From: Caecitellus pseudoparvulus
Taxonomy: Eukaryota; Protista; Bigyra: Bicosoecida
Assembly (NCBI GenBank): GCA_965644315.1
Contig: CBFFRQ010000061.1
Location: 62,001-126,000 of the forward strand
Length of the DNA stretch: 64,000 nt
Direction: 5' to 3'
Under the pieces are notes generated by a model, which saw only the letters and a program-made list of their open reading frames with translations, was not told the origin of the DNA and made no database searches. A program made the position numbers and the translations under genes. How positions within the stretch are numbered: position 1 is the first letter of the stretch; each line of letters opens with the position of its first letter. Below are positions 1-11,480 of the stretch, piece by piece.

Positions 1-2942
1 GACCCACCCGGCTGCGCTTCACGCCCCTGCGTCGGCCGCCAGACTTGGAGGCACTGGGGGGCGCGTCGCCTGCAGGTGCTGCCCCAGCACCCTTCGCCTT
101 GGCAGCACCATGGACAAAGCTGCCCACGTCAAGGATGGCGCCCTGGGGCAGTTCACACGCGTGGTGGAAGGCAGCCAGCCAATGTGTGAGAGAGATGCGC
201 TTGCCAGCGCGCTGGTAGATGCGGAATGCCATGGAGATGTCCGGGATGGTGTGGTCCACCAACACTCCAGCAGCAGCCCCCCCGCCATCACTGGAGGCTG
301 GGATGTCAATGAGGTACGCTGCAGGGTCAGCAAGCGCCCGCAGCACAGTTCCTCGCACATCAGGCGCTAGGGCCTTGCGCAGGCTGGAAGTGGTGCCTGG
401 GAACAGCACACTGCCCAGCGGCAGCTGGGGAAGTGACTTGCACCAGCGCCGGGCAATGGCTGTGATCCAGGGCCACACGATGGCATGGGCCCGGGACGCT
501 GGGCTTGCATGCTTGGCAGCTGCATGCTTCAGGGCTTCCGCCCGGCGCCGCGCTGACGAGGCGTACCGAGCTTTTTGTGTAGCGGCCGGCGCGTCTAGAG
601 TTGGTGAGACTGCAGTTGACTCGGGCTGCTCCAGCGCACGCAGAACAGCCGCGCCACCACACAGCTCCCGCCAAAACACCACTGGCCACGGAATGCTTGC
701 GTCCAGAGGCACTAAACCCTCCAGTGGGAGGTGGCCTTGGGCGGGGCTGCCTCCCTCCAGCAGCAGCTGCAGCACTTGGCGCACAAGGCGGCACTGTGCT
801 GGAACGGCGAGGTCCCTCACCCCGGAGCTGAGCGTGCTGAACCATGCAGACTGGGTGATGCAGCCAGTCCCCGTCATGGTCTCCGCGAACGTGCGTCGCT
901 CTGCCGTGCAGGCCAGCGGCGCACAAAGCACAGGCTCCCACTCCCCAGCGGCGCCCTGGACCGCGAAGCTGCTCCGCTGGGCCAGTAGCGTCAGGATGCG
1001 CAGCACACGGTGTCTTGCCATGCGGTGCAAGGCAATGCGAAACAAGTGCCGCGCCAGGAGCCTTCGTTTGCCCCGCGGGGCCCAGGTCGGAGCGCCTATG
1101 GCTGACGTGGGCGGGGCGTGCCACGCAGGGTCACTCGTGAGCACGGCACTGGCATCGTCCACGCCGAGGAGGAAGCCAGGTGGCCACAACGCGGGCGTCT
1201 GCAGGATGCTGACAGCAGATGCCTCGGGCGTGACCATGAAGTCGCCCAGCTGCTTGGTTGCGTAGGAACCCGCCTTGCGTCCCTTGACGCGGGGCGGGCC
1301 GCTGGGCTTGGCCTGGGGCAGGGGCCGGATGGGGTCGCCTGGGAGCAGACCAGGCACCGTCTCATCCTCCGCCAGACACTGGAAACAGGCAGCTTCAGGG
1401 GTGTCCTCGCCCTCACTGCCCTGGCTGGGCGCTTCGTCATCCCCAGGCAACACGGCAGCCAGCAGTGCGGGTGGGAGGGCAGAGGCCCGCTGAGCAGCAG
1501 ACCACCACAGACTGGAGCACGCCTCCAGAGGGGACACGTCCCCCTCACTACCTGTCTCGATACAGGCAGTCCATGCTTCGGGGGTGGCGGGCAGTGCCCC
1601 TGCACTAGCCCGCAGGAGACCCAGCAGTGCTGGTGGGCCGCTCGTGCCGGCAGCAACCCCCACCCAGGCCTGTGTGGCACCTCCAGGGGCACTGCTTTGC
1701 CCTTGCACCTGTTGACACAACTTGTCCAGCACAGCAACGTGTGGAGGGGGCACGAGGGGCTCAGGCAGGGGGGTGAGCAGCACTGACGTGGCGCGGTGCG
1801 TCGCTGCTGCGAGGGCGTTCGTGGCCATGCGGTGGGCCATGGCCGTGATGGAGAGGCCGTGAGCCAGGGCATGCCCCATGGCCCACTTCAAGGCGCTGGG
1901 CCCAGGGGCGCTGGGCAGGACCCCCCGCACGATGAGGACGTGCAGAAACACGTCCAGGCTGACAAGCGGATTGGGCAGGTGCACATTGAGCAAGCGCAGG
2001 CCCCGAGCTGCCACACGAGGCAGGCGAGCGTGGAAGGCCTCTGCCGGGGACGCCACGCAGAGGACGAGGGACAGGGGCAGGCGGCGTGTGGGGCGGGTGG
2101 GGTCTGGCGCCAGGCCTCGCACCAGGCTGGACAACACGCCTGGCTGGAAGCCGTCGGCATCCTCCAGGACAAGGACCACGTGCTGTGGGACCACGGCATG
2201 CTGCGCGAGGCAGCTGGCCAGGGTGGACAGCAGCGTCTCCCCAGGGCGGTGGCCCACCCCTTGCAGCTGCACAGCGGCCACAGAGCGGAGATCCTCCAGG
2301 AAGCTGGCGGCTTGCGACTCCAACGAGCTGTCCAGAAGGGGCGCCACACAAGCCCACAGGCGGGACACGAAGACTTTCATGGCCATGGATGGGCTGGGGC
2401 ACTCACTGGCACTGATGTGCAGTGTCAGACGGCTGCGAGACGAGAACAGGTGTCAGCGAGTCGGCGGAAATTGGTTGCGGAGGCACGCCACTCACCCTTT
2501 TTGCTCCAAGTGGCGCCGCAGCGCAGAGACGATGATGGACTGATCGCTCATATTGATTCCTGTGCCGAGTGTGAAAGATGGGCGGTGAACGCGGCTCAGA
2601 GCGAACGCAGCCAAGCTTTGTCAGGCCCGCCAGCTCACCTGTGTGCAGCAACACGCCCGGCACTTGCGGCAAGTGTTCCACCGAGGCCAGCTTCTCCAAG
2701 ACAGCCCCGAAGGCATGCCGGTGCACTTCATGCAAAGTCATTTGCGCCGCATCATGCACAAGCTGCTGCTGCAGCTGTGCGGCGCTGCGTCGAGCTCGAG
2801 CGAGCGCAGGCGGCTCTCCTTCCAGCTGCTCCCACTGCGGCAGCTCCGGCACACTCTGGCCGGGAATGGATGAGCCAGCAGGGAAGTAGAACGCATTGTC
2901 CACTACGGAGTCCAGCTGGGACGGGTTGCCTCCAGCTGCCAT
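1..2942 (-). CDS. ORC3: Origin recognition complex subunit 3 (multi-exon; 3' end beyond the left edge)
   Basis: Spliced reading MAAGGNPSQ...VPGVLLHTG|INMSDQSIIVSALRRHL...|LHISASECPSPSMAMKVFV...HVVLVLEDADGFQPGVLSSLV...LPLSLVLCVASPAEAFHARLP matches the ORC3 N-terminal AAA-like blocks. Introns at about 2638-2560 and 2494-2454. The main frame appears to run off the window edge, which would explain its absence from the ORF track. Confidence 0.8.
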
Positions 2943-3102
2943 GGCTCCCTCTGGAACCTGGGCGGCAAAGTGCTGATGGAGCCAATTTCCGCAGCACACC
3001 AGCCTGCCGACAGCGCTGCTCCACCGCCCCCTGGATCAGCACCACCACGCAGTGCCACCAAACTTTCATTGACATGTTGAACCGCTAAATTGTGCTGCAG
3101 CC

Positions 3103-4457
3103 TCATTCTCGCCGGGGCTTCTTTGCTGAAGGGGGCTCGACACCAGTCTCGCCTGCCTCAGCTGGCTTGAGCTGCAGGATGAGCAGCTGCATCTTGCGCA
3201 GCTTCGTTGGCTCGGCTGTGAGGCGCACAGTCGGTCCTGCCCGCTGCAGTGTCCCAGGGATGTCAAAGTTCATGGGTGCCTTCACCACCGCCACGTCGGC
3301 CCACCCGACACACTGCCGCAGCGCATCGCCCAAATGCACGTCCCCAACGTACATGGACACGGCGGCCGCCTTGGCGTACTCCGGCCCGCCCCAGGGGGGG
3401 TCGAAGTACACAGCACTGACGTGAGCTGGGAGGCTTGGGCCTTTGGCAGCAGCTGTGCCTGCCTTGGCGCTCTGAATGAGGGAGAGCGCGTTGCCACACA
3501 TGGTGGTGACCGACTCCGCCACCCCCGCCACAATCACATTGTGTGCCAGACACTCGGCGCGGGACGACGACACCTCCACGCTGAACACCCGCGGGAAGAT
3601 CTGCGCAAACGACAGCGTGTCGCCGCCCACACACGCCATGGCGTCCACAATGCAGGGCTGGGCGGACGGCGCGGCGTACATCTGCACCGCGTCCCACGCT
3701 GCCTCCGCAATGGTGCGCGACACAGCTGCCTGTGTGACGCTGTACAGCGCCACCTTGTCCACCCACAGCTGCTCCTGCTGAGCCGGCTTCAGGAACCGGA
3801 ACAAGAAACGCACCTTGCCTCGCGACTCCTCTGGCACTGCCGCCAGGCCCTGGTACACTGGCGCTGACAGGTCGTCCATCGCAGCACGAGACGCGATTTT
3901 GCCCACATCAGCCCCTGCACTGGCCGATGGGGTGTGCGTGGGCGGGGCTGGAGAGGCGGCCACGTCACTGGTGCTGTGCACGAGGATGTCCCCCTGTGCC
4001 TGCTCGCCGCCTGACGAACGTGCCACGAGCAGCACTTTGGACGGCAGGGCCAAGCTGCCGTCGGCACACTTCTCCCCACTTGCCCACTGCACATCTGCCA
4101 CAGCACCCTGCGAATCGCGGGAATGTGATTTGTTGTGGCATGCCTGCATGTGAAGGCAAGTGGGTGCAGATGACTCACTCTGGGCGCACCCGTCCCCGTT
4201 GCGCCGTGCCGCAAGTACGCCGTGAAACCTGCCAGCTTGCGGGCGTCCCGATCACTGGCGTCCGCCCGCAGCGACACCTCGGCGATGGCGGAGGAGGGGT
4301 GGGGGAAGCCTTCTTTCTGGTACCCTGTGACTACAATGCGCACTTCGGAGGCGATGGCAGCGGTGCCACTTTGCGTTGGCCGCAGTGAGATGGCGGCCAC
4401 ACGTGCAAAGGCGCCCTTCTCCAACACGCCCAGCTCAGCGCCAGCGGAGGCAGCCAT
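3103..4457 (-). CDS. RNA cap guanine-N2 methyltransferase (TGS1/Tgs2-like) with N-terminal extension
   Basis: IVDAMACVGGDTLSFA (SAM motif I), VEVSSSRAECLAHNV and VYFDPPWGGPEY are typical of the Methyltransf_15 family. The 5' exon from ATG 4457 joins through a probable short intron 4144-4178. Confidence 0.8.
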
Positions 4458-5476
4458 GGCCCGAAAGGATCACTGCAAACAGCAGCACCAGCAATCCTCG
4501 AACAGTGGCTGTGGGAACTGGTGCAGTGGGAACGCTGGCTAGGTGCGCAACTTGCCAGAGGCAAGGCAGAAAGTGCGAGCCTCGCCGCACCACCTCAAGC
4601 CGGCGGGGATGTGGAGCTGTTTCCTGTGGAAAATGCGCGAGTTGAGTGAAAATCCGGGTTCCTTTAATGAAGTTCAAATAGGAGCTGGCTTAAGGAAACA
4701 TGGGCTCCCCCTCTTGAGCACCACAGACACGGTATAGTTGTGCAGCCCAACTGCGGAAATTGCTCTTCAGACAAAGCAAATGTGGCGTGTCCCGCGCCTT
4801 GGAGCGGCTATTGAACAGCGACACTTGCACTCGATACAAAACGTAAGCATACAATCGTGCCTCTAGGTCTCCTGTCCGAAAATTCGAGGCGGCAATCAGG
4901 CAGAGCAATCGGACCAGCAGGCACACACAGCGCACACTGCTCGCCTGCCAAGCAACGAGTACAGCGCACTATCGCACGGGCAAGACTTACAAACAAGCAG
5001 ATTTGTACCACGATCGGTAGTAATTTTCTGGGGTTGCAAGCTTTTAGAAATTGTGTTCGACAACATGTCATCGTGAGATATTCTGCATGCATGAACTGTG
5101 TCCGGAATAAGCTGAGCAGCTGTGATCCTTACAGAGCTGGGGAAGGGCCAATTAGTGCTTTCACCATAGTGCGTTCTCAGCTATGAGACTGGGACGACGT
5201 CTGCAACCATCTTTGGGTTCACGAGGGCGAAGAGCTGCTGCACCAGCATACGCCAGGTAGGCCAACAGCACTCGTCCTCATCACAGCGCCACCGCCAAAC
5301 CATCAACTCCCAGGCGCCTTGTCCCGAAGCAGGTGCCCGCGGAAGGCACCTTTCCACGAAGTTTACCTTGCATAGCCTCTTCTCAGTTTGTCACGGACTG
5401 CTCGGGCGCTGGGGGTGGAAGCTAGGCTGCGCGGAGGCCAAGCGAGTCGGCCGGGGCCAGCTAGAGCAGTGGCGGC

Positions 5477-7558
5477 ATGGGCAACACTTGCTGCGCGGCT
5501 GGTGGGCAGGGAGCCAGCGATGCAGGCCCGTCCACTGCACCACTGCCTGTGATTGGGTCCAGTAAATTGCGAGAGAAGTATGAGCTGCTGCGTCTCATCG
5601 GGAAGTACGTCGGCGCAACCCGAAGCTAGCCTCGAGGTGTCGCAGCGACACCAGCATTGGAACTGCCCTTCACTACAGGGGCCATTATGGGCTGGTCTAC
5701 GCGGGGAAGGCGAAGGAGACGGGTCAAAATGTTGCCATAAAGATTTTGCAGCGTTCAAAGTCGCGGCCTCACCGGTTAAAGCTCGAGGTCAGCGAAAGCA
5801 GACGCATGTCCCTGCAGCACCAATGACGGCTGAGTGGCCATGGTGCTCAGCTCGTGCGCCACCGCGTTGCGACCCGCCATGGCTTCGCAGGTGGAAATCT
5901 TGAGACTCGTTGGCCAGCACAGGAATGTGGTCAGCCTTCTGGATGCGTTTGAGGTGCGTCACGACCAGGTTTACCCTCGCCGTGCAAATCAACCGTTGGA
6001 GCGTGCACTTTCCTTTGTGCCGCTTTGTTGCAGACTGAGCCAGCCGTTGAGCTGGTTTTCGAACTCATGGAGGGTGGGGAGCTCTTCGAGCGCCTCGTCA
6101 GCAAAGGACCATACAAGTACGCATGCCTTGCCGCGCGGCTGGTGCAGAGCGCCCCACCTCACGCCGTTGTGCCCCTTGTGCACACTGCAGGGAAGCACGA
6201 GCTCTGGTCATCATCAAGCACTTGGCAGACGCATTGGCATTCATCCACAGCAAGGGCGTCGTGCACAGGGACTGTACGGCAGCGCGAGTGCCACTGGCCA
6301 CGCGCTGCAAGCCCGCTGCACCTGCTTCCCGTTCTCCGCAGTGAAACCGGAGAACCTACTGCTCGACTGCGCTGACGAGAAGCGTGCACTGGTGAAACTT
6401 GCCGACTTCGGTCTGTCACATCTCCTCGGGCCAGGCACGACGCACATGACAACCGTCTGCGGCACGTGGGCATACAGCGCTCCAGAGGTGCGCATCAATC
6501 GACAGAAGTACACCCACAAAGTGGACACTTGGTCGCTGGGCGTCATCATGTTTGTCGTGTTATCGGGGTACCGTGAGTGCAGAGTGCAGGCAGCGAACGA
6601 GGTGGCATCCCACACCTCCCGCCCTCCTCCCCTGGCAGACCCCTTCGACCCCGACGGCGTGGCGCCAGAGGAAGAGCTGCAGCGCAACATCAAGTATGGC
6701 AACGTGGACTTTGACGATGATGTGTGGACGGGGGTGTCTGGTGCAGCTCAAGACCTCATTCGCAGGCTGCTCGTGGTGGACCCTCGCAGGCGGTATGACA
6801 CTGGGGACATCCTGGCTCATCCGTGGATCACCAAGAACAGACACTTGTGGGAGGAACCTCCCACGGGCAATCACCCCCCCACAGCGCGCAAGGCTGACAC
6901 AACTCGTGAAGCCCAGGCAGTGGGCCCGAGCTCCATGGGCTCGCCCCCTGCTGGAGAACCTGACTCGTCGGCTGCTGGGGTGGGAGGTGCCTTCATCCTG
7001 TCCCCGACAGCCGACTCTCACGACGAGGCGATCGCTGCTGCAGCCAATGGAGGCGTCGGCACCTTTGCCAAGCACCACAGCAGCAGCTCCAGCGCTGTAG
7101 CTGCTGCAGCTGCGGCCCCTGCAAGTCTTGTGCCGGAGGCGAGCGGCGAGGCTGAGAGGGTTCCTCAAGCCTTCGGCGCGATGCGGCATGCCACGGCTGA
7201 GTCGGGGGCGAGGACATCCAGTGACCTCCCCCAACAATCTGACGCCGATGAGTCTTGTGTTGGCGCTGTCTCCGTGACGCCCTTCATGGTGGCTGAGGCA
7301 CCCACTCACTTGCCCCCAAGACACGCTGCATCCACACAAAGCTCCGCTGCCGGGCAGAAGATAGTGCTGCCTCCACTAGAGTCAGCGAGTACGGGGGCCG
7401 AAAGCAAGCAGACCAGTGCTTTTCAAGGCGTTGGGCCAGTTTTGAGGACCCCAAGTGGACGGGACATTCACTTTGACACGATTCAGAGCACGGCTTCAGC
7501 TCCGAGCCAGGCCCGTTCCCAAGCAGCAGCTGAGGCCAAAGCCAGCCCCCCTGACTGA
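5477..7558 (+). CDS. CAMK-group Ser/Thr protein kinase with N-terminal MGNTCC lipidation motif
   Basis: Spliced: MGNTCC...KYELLRLIGK|GHYGLV...VAIK...E|VEILRLVGQHRNVV...ELMEGGELF...VHRDLKPEN...DFG...TVCGTWAYSAPE...DTWSLGVI...GYHPF. About six short GT-AG introns and a low-complexity C-tail. Confidence 0.92.
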
Positions 7559-7708
7559 AACACACCCCACTTTCGCCAGCTTGATATTTCCCAACTCCAA
7601 TGCACTTTATGGGAGCCAAATAGCCGAGCCCTTTGCATGCAGCGCACATGTCCACGCAGCTCCTTGCTGGGCATGAGAAACGTATGGGCGTTTCAGCCGC
7701 AAGTCACA

Positions 7709-10700
7709 ATGCAGAAACGCAGTCTTCTAGCTTTGCTGGGCATCACTATCGTGTCAATTAGCTCAGCTCATGTCCCTAAACAGCTCCATGAAGTATCAAT
7801 TCCTAAGCATCATGCTGCGTGCGGGCACTCTGACCCCCAGCTGCAGCGGTGGATGGAGGCCCAAGACGCCCACGTTGTCCCACAGCAGTACGAAGAGCAC
7901 GCCCACGGACGCTCCTTGAGCACCTTCGTCAACGTGCGCAACTCCACCGACACCACTCCCATCCGCATCAAGGTGAGACAGGGCACGTGGGCAGCCCACA
8001 CCATGGCAACTGTGTGGCCGTGTCGCTGGCATGGATGTGCCGCTGCCTGGCGCTGCCTGCTCATGCCAGCCACCCACGCTCACAGGTGCTGTGGACGGTG
8101 GTGGACGGCGGCGGTGTGGAGTACGACTCGCAGAAGGGCTCACTGCGCACGCGGTCATGCTCTCGGGCAGGGCAGGTGATCGACGTGGCGCCAGCGTCAG
8201 GGAGTGACTACGAGGAGTACACGTGCACGCCTGATGATGTTGTGGCGCCGGGGTCGGCTCGGTACACGGTGATGCAGCGGCGCACGGAGTGGGCGGCTGA
8301 GTACTGGGGCTCAGCGCTGACTGTCAAGCGCACAGCGGACCCCATCACCATCAGCGACGGCATTGCAACGAGCTACAACCTCAACGCGAGTGACATGTCT
8401 CACACGGGTGTGGACTTAGTTGTGATCATGATTGCGCGGCCTTCCCCCAACTCCCCCGTGGCTGGCTTCGCCGGGTGCATGCAGCGAGACCAGCACTACC
8501 GCTGCACGGTGGGCTTCTTCAACTGGGTCCCCGCCATCTTTGACGTGGAGAACTCCCTGCAGCCCGACGCCATTGCCAGCGAGCGGCACACGGCAGCCCA
8601 CGAGATGGCGCACATCCTGGGCGCCGTGCTGCTGGGCCCGCACTTCATCGACGCTGACACGGGCACCCCCATCGACTTGAGCACCATCGCGACTGTGGAG
8701 GAGCAGGACGCCACAGACTACCCGAAGCTGGTGACGAAGATCCACTCGCCACGTGTGCTGGCTCATGCTCGAGAGGCGTTTGGGTGCCCCACCCTCGTGG
8801 GTGTGCCGCTGGAAGATGTGCCCCTGGGCAGGGGTGCGCATTGGGAGGCTCGAGTGTTGGGCCCCGAGTTCATGTCGTATGGCAGCTTTGCAGGGGAGGT
8901 GTACGTGTCTGACCTGACGCTGGCGTTCCTGGAGGACACGAACCAGTACATTGCCAACTACACCGTGGCGGGGCGCCTCGTGGAGCCGACGGCGGTGGAG
9001 GCCGACACGGACATCTTCAACTTCCTCGTGTCGTCTGATGCCAGCGAGTACGAGCCGCCGCCGCCGCTGAGTGTGGGGTACTTGCGGTGGGGCCGCGGGG
9101 AGGGGTGTGACTTCGTGAACAAGGGCCCCGTGCACTGGCCTGAGCGGTACGTGTGCACAGAGCACCAGGACTACGGGTGCAGCCCGGACTACCGCGCATC
9201 AGCAGTGTGCATGCTGTCTGTGGGCATTCGAGAGGTGCGGGACTTCACGTGTGGGGATCAGACGGTGACGTCAGGTGGCAGCTTCGACACGTGGCGGACG
9301 ACGTGTCCGCCGGACACGAACGACAACTGCCAGGGTGGTGTGTGTGGTCTGCCCAGCATGTACCAGTACTTTGGCAACACCCAGCCTCGACACATGGCAC
9401 CGCTATCTGCGAAAGACATGTTTCCCACTGTCTCCACCTCTGTTGCGATCACCAGCGACTCGGTTGGTGGGGTTTCGTCGTCCATGGACTACGTGCCAGT
9501 GCGAGTGAAGTACTGGAACTGCATGCATCGCGCTGCAAGTGCTTCCGCCACAAACCGATCAAACGAAGAAGGGGCGTCTATTGATGCGTCACTATTTGGA
9601 AAGGAATCTGACATGGACCTCTTTGGTGGACAGGAAAATTGCCCCGAGTGCCGCTGCTTCCGCTCCTCCCTCATTGAGATCACTAAGGGCATTGACCCCC
9701 GCTTCCCACAGTACGGCCTCTGCTACCGCTCCAACTGCTACCGCAAGGACTACCTCCAAGTGGGCATCCGAGGCGTCACACAGGACAAGACATTCTGGTA
9801 CAAGTGCCCCGCTGGGGGCGGCAAGCTGTACATCGCGGGTTTCACAGGGGCAGTGCATTGCCCACCAGCGCAGGAGTTCTGCAGTCAGAATGAGGTGACG
9901 GGCATCAAGTATGCTGAGACGGATCGCTTGATGGAGTTCATCGTGTGGTTTTCGCTGGCGGGCGTGTTGGTGTTGAGTCTGATCGTGTGCGCGGTGCCAG
10001 CCTGCCGGGAGCCGCTGGTCCGGCGCGCGAAGCTGTGTTCTGGCTTACTTCACCTCGACGCAAACTACAGGATGAACCCTGATGTGCAAGCAGTTTTGAA
10101 GATCCAGGATGATTGGAAAGCTGACCCATGCAATGCTCGGGCACTGAGCGCACTCAGCAACATTATCGGCCTTATCGCCATCACCGTCGGAGGTGCAGTG
10201 ATCTGGTTGTACGCTTCCAGTGGCTTGCCAGCATCGGCAGCAGCGCCTGTCGTTGGCGGCAGCGTTTTTGCTCTGGTTCTCGCAGCTCTCGGCATCGCAT
10301 CAACCCGGGCAAGGTCAAAGGGCGTCTCGTGCACCGTCATTTCATACTTCTTCCTCAGCCTCTTCACCGTCCTGGCGCTGGCCTTCATGGCTCTGCAAAT
10401 CTACACCTCGGATGGGTCGACTTCGCAATACGTGGACAAGAATTGGGACAAGGTCTGTCCCTACTACCACAACCAAGACCCAGGATTTTGCCGAGAGACA
10501 GAGCTCGATCCCCAGCTTCGCGAGGAAGCTGTCGAAGAAGTCTCAAACAGCGTTGAAGGCAATATGCACGCTCTAATGGGAGGCGGGCTAGTCCTGGTGA
10601 TCTTGCTGATTGCTGGAATTCTCATCTCACTGCGCATTATCACCTTCCGTGTGCTTTCTCCGGCCGCATTCACCATTTTGAATTGGGCGACCCTGCTGTG

Positions 10701-11406
10701 CGGCGTGGCGCTCTTCGCAGCCTCCATATGGCTCACGCTTGACTACGGGCAAGGCACGGCAGCGCTGGCTGCATTTACGGTCGCCTGCGTCATGGCTGTG
10801 TTCATGGCCGCAACCTCCATCATTGGGCTGCGAGGTGCCTTCGCGTCCGACCAACGGCTCCTCACGATTCATCTGTGGCTAGTAGCAATCGCTGTGTTGG
10901 GGACAGGGGTTCTGGGCATTGGCATGCTCATGGTGCAAGCAGCGGCAGAGCAGCAAGTGGACAGGATGTCAGATGAAGAAATCGCCGAAGTGACGGGGCA
11001 GTTCAATGACAGCATGTCAAGAAGTGACCTGAAGCTGGCGGTGGGCGCCATGATGAAGACTGTGGCATACTGCTGCTTCGTGCTGTGCAGCGTCAATGCG
11101 CTGCTGGCCTTCTTCAACATCTACTTCTCCAGGCAACTCGGCATCCTTCAAGATGAAATCAAGGCGAAGCTTGCAGCACTCAAGGAAGGCGATGTGTCAT
11201 ACTCTGCACCGTGGGATGCAGAGAGCCGCAAGCGCAGGCTGATGCAAGCCAGACTTGCTGCTCCGCAGACTCAGGACCCTGAGAAGCAAGACGACACTCA
11301 TGACTCCCAGCCCGCGACTGAAAGCGACGAGATTTCCCCAAGCGGCATGGTGGAGCAGCCCGAGACCCCGGGAGGCCAGAGTGCTATCGTGCCGGAGTCA
11401 GCGTAA
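7709..11406 (+). CDS. Leishmanolysin-like (peptidase M8/GP63) zinc metalloprotease with ~9 C-terminal TM helices, copy A
   Basis: Signal peptide MQKRSLLALLG..., propeptide ACGH (Cys switch), HEMAHILG (HExxH), AHWEARV (third His), EFMS (Met-turn), Cys-rich domains, then hydrophobic helices. Intron at about 7973-8085. Confidence 0.9.
7811..10019 (+). repeat. Left arm of ~2.2 kb inverted repeat (pairs with 13058-15263)
   Basis: Direct comparison shows near-identity apart from islands at about 8373-8409 and 9375-9645 and scattered substitutions. Shadow ORFs are also duplicated (e.g. 8416..9165 and 13909..14658). Confidence 0.95.
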
Positions 11407-11480
11407 CGCAAGGGAACGCTGTCAAACCCCTTCAATGCAGCTCTCGCATGCTCTTTGCATTGGGGGCCAAGGTGCTCGCG

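Noticed and set aside
219-3088. Plus-strand ORFs of 348 and 430 aa
   Set aside because: Antisense to ORC3, whose real frame is missing from the ORF track.
4600-5350. Lower-GC intergenic stretch with an Sm-site-like AATTTTCTGG (~5022)
   Set aside because: No U1/U2/U4/U5/U6 signature or convincing structure found. Most likely a divergent promoter/UTR region.
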